From: an uncultured Alphaproteobacteria bacterium | Lineage (GTDB): Bacteria; Pseudomonadota; Alphaproteobacteria; Rs-D84 | Direction of reading: 5' to 3' | Length of the DNA stretch: 64,000 nt | Assembly (NCBI GenBank): GCA_944389465.1 | Contig: CALXML010000001.1 | Coordinates: 487 to 64,486, forward strand | In this document: positions 1 to 7,800 of the stretch, in pieces | Layout of the letters: each line of letters opens with the position of its first letter | Position numbering within the stretch: position 1 is the stretch's first letter | Notes under the pieces: model-generated | Told to the model about the DNA's origin: nothing | What the model saw: only the letters and a program-made list of their open reading frames with translations | Databases searched by the model: none | Translations under genes and position numbers: made by a program

Positions 1-359
1 GTTTTGCCGCGTATATGTGGCGATGTAACGATGGATGTAAAACCATTCTTTTCCAGATGGTTCATACATTCATCAGTTGTTTTGAATTTCTTTACAAATG
101 TCCATTTTACGGCCGAAGCAGAGATGTCCAATAACTTCTTTTTATTGCGCATGGTGGACCAATCGCTTGGTAACACGTCAAAACGGTCAACAATGTATAA
201 TTTTTCAGCACCCAATGCGTTCACATTGCGAATTACGGTACCGATGTTTTCCAAACTGCGTGGCGATTCCAATACCACAATCAAATTTTTGCATCGGCCG
301 GTTTTTGCATGGTCGGCCCTGCGGCGCAAAGATGTTCTGGTTGGGTCGGATGCGGACAT
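1..359 (-). CDS. SpoU/TrmH-family RNA 2'-O-methyltransferase (3' end runs off the window)
   Basis: Own minus-strand translation from ATG 357-359, preceded by GAGGAA: MSASDPTRTSLRRRADHAKTGRCKNLIVVLESPRSLENIGTVIRNVNALGAEKLYIVD... This resembles SpoU motif 1. It is absent from the ORF track because it is truncated. Confidence 0.7.
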   Translation of the reverse strand, partial: MSASDPTRTSLRRRADHAKTGRCKNLIVVLESPRSLENIGTVIRNVNALGAEKLYIVDRFDVLPSDWSTMRNKKKLLDISASAVKWTFVKKFKTTDECMNHLEKNGFTSIVTSPHIRGK

Positions 360-361
360 TT

Positions 362-2002
362 TTATTCCTCTATTTCCACACTGTCAATGTATGTACGGTT
401 TATAGATTCCAGTGTTACCGGTTGAAATTCTGTTGAAATAATTGTGGTATCCCTGTCATCTTCGGGCAGGATGGTGATTGTTTCAACAGGTTGGAGCGCG
501 ATAGGTGTGGCGTGTGTTATATGTGTGCCATATGGTTTTGATTCATATTTTTCCTGCAGGCGCGCGGGGATATTTATATAATCATCTGGGTCAATGCCGG
601 ATGTTTCCAGTTCCATTGCATTGGCCGGTTTTATTTTACTTTGTTCCAGATTATAAATCGGTGTTAAAAAGTTATTTGCCGCCGTGCGCACAATTTGTGC
701 AGTGCCATTACCCGTCAGGCGCATTATTTGTAACGCACGTTCGTTTTCACCGGTTGGTTTCAGGCGGTATAATCCTTCAACCCCTGCATAACCACTGGGG
801 TCCAGCAAATATGCAGCATCTGATTTTGGTGAATATATCATGCCCATTGCCATATTTGCAGCGTCATATCCAAAACCTGCAATGCGGCCCGCGGATGTGC
901 CTGAAACGCGTTCATACAGATTTGTGAATGATTGGGATGCGTCCGGTAACACCGCGTATTTTGCGCCAATCATTGTAAAATCATTCAGGATATCTGAACC
1001 TTCCCATAATGCAGTGCCGTAAAAAGCAGCGTCATGCATGGTAACGCCGTAATAGCGCAGGAATGATGCCAAACTTTCTGTATCATCACCATTGCCCAAG
1101 AATAAAATTGCGTTATATGGTAATTTGCCCAATGTTTCCATTTTAGACAGGCGTTCCAGTTGGATATTCAGCGATGATTTTTCCAATGCGGTCAGGCGTT
1201 CAGATGTTAATATATCCGACAGAACCGTACGTGCGCGTGTGTTGGCGGCCGTGCGTGCGGCGTTCATAGATGCATCCATTGCCGCATTCTTTATGGAATC
1301 AGTATTGTTTTCTGTGTAATAAAATATTCCTGTTACAGGCAAATTATATATTTCCGCAGCAGCGGTGGCGGTGCCTGCCATCAGGCGACCTGATTCAGTA
1401 TCTGGTGCCAAAATTATAAATCCTGTTATGCCATCTGATGACATTTCTTTTACAATGGCTTCTGTACTGTTGGTGGGCATCAGTGCCAATGTCATAACGC
1501 CGTCACCCAGTGCAGATGCGTCCGATGTAAATGATAAAACTGGTAATGAATCTGGTTTTGCATCACGCAGTGCGCGGGCATCTGCTGCAAACACAGGGCC
1601 AATTATAACCGCCGGTTCAGTTGATAAAACATCAGTGATTGTGGTGTTCAGATTTTCAGCCGTGTCATAAAATGCAACAGATAAATTTTGTGGTGCGTTT
1701 TGTAAAACTGCAACTTCTATGGATGTTCTGATTGCGCGGCCAGTTTGCGCGGCGTCGCCCGTTAATGGCAGCATTACAGCCATACGGTGCACCGGTGCGC
1801 CAATCAGGTTATCTGATGGTGTGCCGGTTTGCATATCTGGTGAACCGTATTGCATTTGCACGGGGGCACCAGTTTCCAATGTGCCATACTCACTGAACCA
1901 ATTTGTGTCCGGTGTTTTATCGTGTGTGCAACCGGCCACAATTAACAGGCCTATAATTCCAAAAAATCTGTTTATTTTGCTCATATGCATTGAAAAATCC
2001 AT
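362..2002 (-). CDS. LpoA/LppC-like periplasmic-binding-fold lipoprotein (possible PBP activator)
   Basis: 546-aa ORF with a lipobox in MSKINRFFGIIGLLIVAGC, so the real start may be the Met at 1984. It is divergent from rsmI, matching the lpoA(yraM)-rsmI(yraL) arrangement in E. coli. Confidence 0.6.
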   Translation of the reverse strand: MDFSMHMSKINRFFGIIGLLIVAGCTHDKTPDTNWFSEYGTLETGAPVQMQYGSPDMQTGTPSDNLIGAPVHRMAVMLPLTGDAAQTGRAIRTSIEVAVLQNAPQNLSVAFYDTAENLNTTITDVLSTEPAVIIGPVFAADARALRDAKPDSLPVLSFTSDASALGDGVMTLALMPTNSTEAIVKEMSSDGITGFIILAPDTESGRLMAGTATAAAEIYNLPVTGIFYYTENNTDSIKNAAMDASMNAARTAANTRARTVLSDILTSERLTALEKSSLNIQLERLSKMETLGKLPYNAILFLGNGDDTESLASFLRYYGVTMHDAAFYGTALWEGSDILNDFTMIGAKYAVLPDASQSFTNLYERVSGTSAGRIAGFGYDAANMAMGMIYSPKSDAAYLLDPSGYAGVEGLYRLKPTGENERALQIMRLTGNGTAQIVRTAANNFLTPIYNLEQSKIKPANAMELETSGIDPDDYINIPARLQEKYESKPYGTHITHATPIALQPVETITILPEDDRDTTIISTEFQPVTLESINRTYIDSVEIEE

Positions 2003-2038
2003 TTATTTTTGTATTATTTTACTATAAAAGGATTTGTA

Positions 2039-2839
2039 ATGCAATCTGGGCTTTATATTGTTGGAACACCAATTGGAAATTTGTCGGATATGTCGCCACG
2101 TGCGATTGATACGCTGCGTAATGTTGATTTAATTGCCGCAGAAGATACGCGTGTGTTTTCTAAATTGGCGGCGCATTTTGATATTAAAACGCCACGCATA
2201 TCTTGTCACGAGCATAATGAACGTGATGTTATCCCAGAATTGATTGAAAAATTGCAAAATGGCGCGGCAATTGCGGCGGTATCAGACGCGGGTATGCCCG
2301 CAATCAGTGACCCCGGTTTTCGTTTGGTGCGCGCGGCCCGTGCGGCTGGTGTGCCGGTGTATGTTGTGCCGTCTGGGGTGGCGGCGATTGCTGCGTTGGT
2401 ATTATCGGGATTTCCAACAGACAGATTTACTTTTTGTGGTTTCTTTGATGAAAAGAAATTACGTGATGATAATAAAATTCGTCATACTATTATTTATTAT
2501 GAAAGTCCAAATCGCATTATGACAACCATTGCCGCGTTGGCGCGTGTTATGCCCGAACGGCAAATTGCAATTGTGCGTGAAATTACAAAAATTCACGAAG
2601 AAACCATTATCGGATATCCCGCAGATTTAATGCATATACAGCCGCCACGTGGTGAAATAGTTATCGTTGTTGCGCCGGCCCCAGAACATAAAATGTCTGA
2701 TGCAGAAATAACAGAAATTGTAAATGATATTTCTGCCAGTTCAACCAAGGGTGCGGCGGCGGATTTGGCGCGACGGGCCGGTATATCCAAGAAAGAGGCT
2801 TATCGGCGTATGTTGGACAAAGGGGGCGCAAATGATTAA
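2039..2839 (+). CDS. rsmI: 16S rRNA (cytidine1402-2'-O)-methyltransferase RsmI
   Basis: MQSGLYIVGTPIGNLSDMSPRAIDTLRNVDLIAAEDTR is the typical RsmI N-terminus. Start moved to ATG 2039, which follows RBS AAAGGA. Confidence 0.9.
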   Translation: MQSGLYIVGTPIGNLSDMSPRAIDTLRNVDLIAAEDTRVFSKLAAHFDIKTPRISCHEHNERDVIPELIEKLQNGAAIAAVSDAGMPAISDPGFRLVRAARAAGVPVYVVPSGVAAIAALVLSGFPTDRFTFCGFFDEKKLRDDNKIRHTIIYYESPNRIMTTIAALARVMPERQIAIVREITKIHEETIIGYPADLMHIQPPRGEIVIVVAPAPEHKMSDAEITEIVNDISASSTKGAAADLARRAGISKKEAYRRMLDKGGAND

Positions 2840-3386
2840 ATTTGTGGGTGCGTTTGATACAGTTGATGCGTTGCCAAATACTCAATTTCCTGAATATGCG
2901 TTTGTTGGGCGCAGTAATGTTGGTAAATCGTCGCTGATAAATGCAATTGTTGGTGCGGCCGTTGCGCGTACATCAAATACGCCGGGGCGTACGCAAACGC
3001 TGAATTTATTTAATTTGAATGACAGGGCAATGATTGTTGATTTGCCGGGGTATGGGTATGCACGTGTGTCGCGGGCTGATGCGTTGCGTTGGCTGGGGCG
3101 GTTGGAAAAATATTTAATTTCACGTCGTCAATTGCGACGGTTATTTATACTGATTGATTCACGGATTGGCGCGCGGGATGCTGATTTGGATTTAATGGAT
3201 TTTTGTGATGCGCACGGTATTCCGTATCAAATTGTGTATACCAAAAAAGATAAGCGTGTACGCGAAAAATCACAAATAATTTTAAGCCATGAAAATCATC
3301 AGGCAATGATTGCGGATGTGCTGGAAACGTCTGCTGAAAAAAAGACGGGTTTGGAAAGTTTAAGGGCAACAATTGGCATTAAATAA
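2832..3386 (+). CDS. engB: ribosome biogenesis GTPase EngB/YihA
   Basis: G1 motif GRSNVGKSSLINA and G3 motif DLPGYGYA. ATG 2832 overlaps the rsmI stop codon. Confidence 0.9.
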   Translation: MIKFVGAFDTVDALPNTQFPEYAFVGRSNVGKSSLINAIVGAAVARTSNTPGRTQTLNLFNLNDRAMIVDLPGYGYARVSRADALRWLGRLEKYLISRRQLRRLFILIDSRIGARDADLDLMDFCDAHGIPYQIVYTKKDKRVREKSQIILSHENHQAMIADVLETSAEKKTGLESLRATIGIK

Positions 3387-5880
3387 AAACATTTTTTATG
3401 CAACTAATCCGGCGCGCATAATGGATGCATTGGGGTATGTTTTGGATGCATCTGATGTTGATTTATCTGATATGCTGATTTTTTTACCCAGCAGACGTGC
3501 CGTACGCGCGGTGGAAAAATATCTGGTTCAGCGTGCAGGGCATGCAATAATTTTACCGCGTTTGGTCGCATTGGGCGAAGAGCCTGATGACGAGATAACA
3601 GAAGAAGAATCCGTGTCAGCGGTATCAAATACCATGCGTGTGGTTGTCGCGGCCCAGTTGTTGGCGGCTGATGCAAATATTGGAAATATTACAACCGCAT
3701 TGCCCATTGCGCATGATTTGTTGCGTATGCAGGATTATCTGGAAAACGAGGGTATTGATGCCACCGCAATTGATTGGGAAAGTTTGGTTGATGCGCGTTT
3801 TGCCGCGCATTTTGGGCGCAAGGCGAAAATACTAAATATTTTGGGTGATGTGCAAAAACAAATTTCTGATAATCGGCCAACTGTTACACAGGTGCGTAAT
3901 GCAGGTATTCGTGCATGGACAAGATGTTTAGATAAATATAAATTGGTTGTGGTTTGTGCGTCCACCGCCAGTGTTCCGGCGACGGCTGATTTAATGGTGG
4001 AAATAGCAAAATTGCCGTATGGGCGAATAATTTTATCCGGACATATTTTTGGAAATGTGGATGATTTTGAACTGCATACTAATCCGTATAATGCGGAATA
4101 TAAATTTTTAACGCGTGTGGGCGTATCACCAGATGATTTAATACCAATTGATGTTGGGGCGTCGGCCATTGAATTTATGAATCATACGTTTGGTAATAAT
4201 CCGGCACGGCCAGATAATGGTGCGGACGTGCAGCATTGTCATTTAATTGAATGCGACCGCGAAAGTGAAGAGGCTGCCGTCGTTGCCGAAATCGCCGCAC
4301 GTGCAGTGGAAAATAAACAGACTGTATTGGTTATAACACCGGACGCGGCAGGAAATCAACGTATTGCGTCTGCATTTGCGGCACGTGGATTAAATGCTGA
4401 TTTTTCAGGTGGTTTGTCTGGTACAATGACGCCGGCGGGGCGGGCGATATTAAATTTATTTGATGCGTGGATTGAACGTGGGGATAATACTTTTGACAGG
4501 ATTTATGCCGAAAATGATTTTAATTTAATGAACACGATTGTGCAAATTGTGGATGGGGGTGAAGTAAACTTTACACCCGCATTTGACGTGGCGGATGCAG
4601 CGTCCGTACAGATATGGCGTGCAATAAATGAATTGTCGGATTGTTTGGCGGTGGCGGGTGTGCGTTTAAGTTTAAATGATGCGCGTGCATTTTTGGCCGA
4701 TGCGATTGGTGGGGTGTCGGTTCGTGGCGTAATGAATGATGCGGCCGACATTATCGTTTTGGGTACGATTGAATCACGTATGCAGACGGCAGATGTTGTG
4801 ATTTTAACCGGACTGAATGATGGAATGTTTCCGGCGCGTGGGTATGAAAATGCTTGGCTGCCGCGGGCTGTTGCTGAACAAATTGGATTGCCATCGCCCG
4901 ACAGAAAGGTATCACTGCAGGCGTTGGATTTTATGAATCTGTCGTGTGGGGCGGATGTATATTGGACGCGCAGTGCGGTATCTGGTGGTGTTAAAACAAC
5001 AGAATCACGGTTTATATCACGCGTGCGTGTGCGTGGTGGGCAATTTGATACGCATATGGCGGATGATATTTTACGTGCGGTGCGTGCGCGTGATGATATG
5101 CCATCGCGCCCGCTGGATTATTCGCCGCCGTCGCCACCGGCCGATTGGGGCGATATACACGTTACTGATTTAGAATTGTTAATACATAATCCGTATGCGT
5201 TCTATGTGCGGCATATGTTGCGTTTGCGGGTGTTAAATGATTATTGGGCCGCACCCGATGTACGCGATTTTGGAAATCTGGTACACAGGGTAATAGAGGA
5301 AACAACCGATTTTACACCAAATAATTTGGTTCGTAAAATGGACGCGTATGCGCTGGAAAGGTTGGGTTCTGACAGTGTGCTGTTTCATTTTTGGCACAAA
5401 AGATTTTTAGAAATCGCACCTGTTGTTGCAAACCTGATGAACGATTTAATTGAATCGCAACCTGAAATAGGTGGCAAAATGGTGATTGATGGGCATACCA
5501 TTCGTGCACGTGCAGACCGAATTTGGGATGGCGGGGTTATGGATATAAAAACGGGCGCCGCCCCGTCGAAAAAACAACTGATGGACGGCAATATGCCACA
5601 GTTACCGTTAGAGGCGTATATGCTGCAATCCGGGGGCTTTGCAATTCCGACGACGGCAAGGTCACAGACGCCGGTGATGACGTTTTTGCAACTGAAAAAC
5701 AATGATGTTCGTGCGATTGAATATGACGCTGAAACCACGCGCGCAATGATGACCGCGGCATACGATAAAACCAAACAGATGATAGATATATTCCTGGTTG
5801 GACGCGCGCCGTATGAATACAGGCAAACAAACGACCAGAAATATCACGTATATGACGATTTGGCGCGCGTGGATGATTAA
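3373..5880 (+). CDS. AddB-like PD-(D/E)XK nuclease family protein (double-strand break repair)
   Basis: 835-aa ORF. Its N-terminus resembles alphaproteobacterial AddB (inactive helicase-like), and the C-terminus carries a D...D.K nuclease motif (DRIWDGGVMDIKTG). The start is uncertain: TTG 3373 or ATG 3421. Confidence 0.55.
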   Translation: MALNKNIFYATNPARIMDALGYVLDASDVDLSDMLIFLPSRRAVRAVEKYLVQRAGHAIILPRLVALGEEPDDEITEEESVSAVSNTMRVVVAAQLLAADANIGNITTALPIAHDLLRMQDYLENEGIDATAIDWESLVDARFAAHFGRKAKILNILGDVQKQISDNRPTVTQVRNAGIRAWTRCLDKYKLVVVCASTASVPATADLMVEIAKLPYGRIILSGHIFGNVDDFELHTNPYNAEYKFLTRVGVSPDDLIPIDVGASAIEFMNHTFGNNPARPDNGADVQHCHLIECDRESEEAAVVAEIAARAVENKQTVLVITPDAAGNQRIASAFAARGLNADFSGGLSGTMTPAGRAILNLFDAWIERGDNTFDRIYAENDFNLMNTIVQIVDGGEVNFTPAFDVADAASVQIWRAINELSDCLAVAGVRLSLNDARAFLADAIGGVSVRGVMNDAADIIVLGTIESRMQTADVVILTGLNDGMFPARGYENAWLPRAVAEQIGLPSPDRKVSLQALDFMNLSCGADVYWTRSAVSGGVKTTESRFISRVRVRGGQFDTHMADDILRAVRARDDMPSRPLDYSPPSPPADWGDIHVTDLELLIHNPYAFYVRHMLRLRVLNDYWAAPDVRDFGNLVHRVIEETTDFTPNNLVRKMDAYALERLGSDSVLFHFWHKRFLEIAPVVANLMNDLIESQPEIGGKMVIDGHTIRARADRIWDGGVMDIKTGAAPSKKQLMDGNMPQLPLEAYMLQSGGFAIPTTARSQTPVMTFLQLKNNDVRAIEYDAETTRAMMTAAYDKTKQMIDIFLVGRAPYEYRQTNDQKYHVYDDLARVDD

Positions 5881-5883
5881 TGT

Positions 5884-6735
5884 TTAGTTAGAATAATTAC
5901 AATTTCCGTTTACAATGCTGAATGTGCCGTATATGTCTTTGCACATAGTGCTTGTTGGCAGATAGCATTGTGTTATGCTGGTTGACCCACCTGGTGATGT
6001 TGGCTGTGTATCACAGAAATCAATAATATCTGATGATGCACTGGGACAATTATAACAGCTGTGCACACGGGGATTTGGCCTATAATAGCCGGCTTTACAC
6101 GAAAAAGTGCCTAGCCCGCCGTTGCAATTTGCATTATCTGGGCATTTATTACAACGTAGTGTTATTTTACCACTGTCGTTTGGTTCACCGTCGCCAGAAA
6201 AATAGTATGATTTTTCATAAGCACAGTAGCAGTTTTTAAAAAGACCGCGTTCCGGATGTTCGCAATCTCCGTTTATGTCCGGACGGGCCCTTGAATATAG
6301 ATCACATTCTATAGGATTTGTAGTGTAGCTCATACTAGCATAAGACGAAAAAATATCAGGATACATTGATGGATTGGTTGGTTGTTCTGTATTGCCTGAA
6401 CCTGAATAACAATTTGAACCGGGAAAATATTTAGCGCAACCGTAAAATTCTTGACCTTGGGCGGCACCGGTACGTTCCCACACTGCATATTCTGATGGAT
6501 CAGTACAATAAATATTGGCGCATTCTGGTAAATCTTTTTCTTCAGACGCGCCAGTGTAGCTAAGGCCAAAACAATAAAATTTCCGGCCGCCTGTTGTTTC
6601 AACCTTGCAATAACTTTCATCAGTGTCACCATGTTCCTTAAAAAGCTCATCGTATAATTCGTTGCAGTCATATTCTTGTGAAATTGTAGCGAATTTGGTC
6701 ATAGTATAATCGTAATTGTCGTTGTATGTGTTCAA
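5884..6735 (-). CDS. Cys-rich secreted protein, family member A; start codon and N-terminal signal-peptide exon currently inverted (OFF)
   Basis: 283-aa ORF with about 30 Cys, a CNKCPDNANCNGG...C motif and the C-terminal motif KDIYGTFSIVNGNCNY. The reading frame stays open upstream to the repeat core at 6797-6802 (NGGLIICATLSSAANA/VILGN) but has no ATG or RBS there. Confidence 0.75.
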   Translation of the reverse strand: MNTYNDNYDYTMTKFATISQEYDCNELYDELFKEHGDTDESYCKVETTGGRKFYCFGLSYTGASEEKDLPECANIYCTDPSEYAVWERTGAAQGQEFYGCAKYFPGSNCYSGSGNTEQPTNPSMYPDIFSSYASMSYTTNPIECDLYSRARPDINGDCEHPERGLFKNCYCAYEKSYYFSGDGEPNDSGKITLRCNKCPDNANCNGGLGTFSCKAGYYRPNPRVHSCYNCPSASSDIIDFCDTQPTSPGGSTSITQCYLPTSTMCKDIYGTFSIVNGNCNYSN

Positions 6736-6793
6736 ATCTATATTGCCTAGAATTACTGCATTTGCCGCTGATGACAGTGTTGCGCAAATAATT

Positions 6794-6888
6794 AAACCAC
6801 CGTTTTATTTCGGCAAAAATGGGGGATAAAAAATGCAGATTTCTGGAATTTTTTCTAAAATAAAAACCACGATCGTAATCGGTGGTTT
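6794..6888. promoter_or_regulatory. invertible DNA switch A: 12-bp inverted repeats flanking a 77-bp segment that carries the RBS, ATG and first codons
   Basis: AAACCACCGTTT (6794-6805) and AATCGGTGGTTT (6877-6888) match in inverted orientation at 11/12 positions. The segment holds GGGGG at 6821-6825 and ATG at 6833. In-silico inversion yields an in-frame MQISGIFSKIKTTIVIGGLIICATLSSAANA signal peptide. Confidence 0.7.
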
Positions 6889-6893
6889 GTTTT
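6856..6893. terminator. bidirectional intrinsic terminator (xthA terminator and OFF-state terminator of switch A)
   Basis: Hairpin CCACGAT-CGTA-ATCGGTGG with T-runs on both sides. One arm of the hairpin is the right inverted-repeat core. Confidence 0.6.
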
Positions 6894-6923
6894 CGGCATA
6901 TTTATTTGTTCGCTGTACCATAA

Positions 6924-6952
6924 ATTATATGGCACAGCGGGATTTTTATCAA
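6924..6952 (-). promoter_or_regulatory. sigma70-type promoter reading into switch A
   Basis: On the minus strand, TTGATA (6952-6947), a 17-nt spacer and TATAAT (6929-6924). It sits immediately after the xthA stop codon. Confidence 0.55.
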
Positions 6953-6959
6953 GACTTTT

Positions 6960-7730
6960 TTAATCCATTTTCAACATTAATCCACAATGGTCGGTGGGTT
7001 TCGCCGCCAAGCGTGGATTTATATCTATTTCACAGCATTTTATGTTTTTCATTGCTGCTGGATTGGCCAGAAAATAATCCAGCCGCAGGCCCTGTTTATT
7101 ACCAATTGTATCACGACCACGATAACCATACCATGTGTAATCAATCGTATCGGGGTGCATTGTGCGCCATACGTCCGTCCAACCGGTATCCAACCACGAT
7201 TGCATAATTTCGCGTGCGGCCGGGGCGGCGATTGCGATACCAACATAGTTGGCCGGCTTCCACACGTCCGCATCCGTCAGTGCAACGTTAAAGTCCCCGC
7301 CAATAATAACCTGTTCAGGGGAATTTATGTACTGTGCAATATGTTGTGTAAATGCACGCATCCAGTCCAATTTATATGGAAACTTTGGTGAATCAATTGT
7401 ATCACCATTTGGCATATACACGTTTATTATACGCACGTGACCGTCAATAACACACTCAATAAACCGCGCATTTACGTCCGCATACGTCGGCAGGCCGTAT
7501 GTCACATCCTCAACCGAATATTTGGAAAAAATGGCGACGCCATTCCATGATTTTTGACCGTATACCTTGACATTATAACCGTATTCGTCAAACAGGTTGT
7601 GCGGGAAATTTGCGGTTTCAACCTTTAATTCCTGAACCAATATGACGTCGTATTCGCCAGTGCGCAAAATGTCCATAAAACTTTCTGCGTGGGCGCGTAT
7701 TGAATTGATATTTAGTGTTAATATTTTCAT
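6960..7730 (-). CDS. xthA: exodeoxyribonuclease III
   Basis: MKILTLNINSIRAH...VILVQELK...GGDFNV... is the EEP-fold Xth pattern. Start set at ATG 7730. Confidence 0.9.
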   Translation of the reverse strand: MKILTLNINSIRAHAESFMDILRTGEYDVILVQELKVETANFPHNLFDEYGYNVKVYGQKSWNGVAIFSKYSVEDVTYGLPTYADVNARFIECVIDGHVRIINVYMPNGDTIDSPKFPYKLDWMRAFTQHIAQYINSPEQVIIGGDFNVALTDADVWKPANYVGIAIAAPAAREIMQSWLDTGWTDVWRTMHPDTIDYTWYGYRGRDTIGNKQGLRLDYFLANPAAMKNIKCCEIDINPRLAAKPTDHCGLMLKMD

Positions 7731-7800
7731 AATTGCAATCTTTTCCTTGGTTGTTATAATAAAGGTTGTCCAATATAAAAACAACAAGGAATTTTTAATT

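Noticed and set aside
3404-5830. The many 60-170 aa ORFs antisense to or overlapping long conserved genes, for example within addB, typA, secD, ftsK, lnt and thrS
   Set aside because: They have no RBS, no recognisable motifs, and an amino-acid composition typical of off-frame translation of AT-rich coding DNA. The long ORFs they overlap have clear family signatures.
6794-6888. The repeat-flanked segment as a simple MITE insertion that inactivated gene A (a pseudogene)
   Set aside because: The same structure at locus C, with different flanking coding sequence, also restores a complete in-frame signal peptide on inversion. The segment itself carries the RBS and ATG that are homologous to the fixed start of locus B. 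An insertion would not be expected to do this twice. It cannot be fully excluded without read data.
6833-7207. 124-aa plus-strand ORF (MQISGIFSKIKTT...) as an independent protein-coding gene
   Set aside because: Only its first ~17 codons are conserved; they are the flipped start exon of the Cys-rich family. From 6960 onward it runs antisense through xthA, and a terminator hairpin lies at 6867-6893. It is best explained as the OFF-state read-out of switch A.
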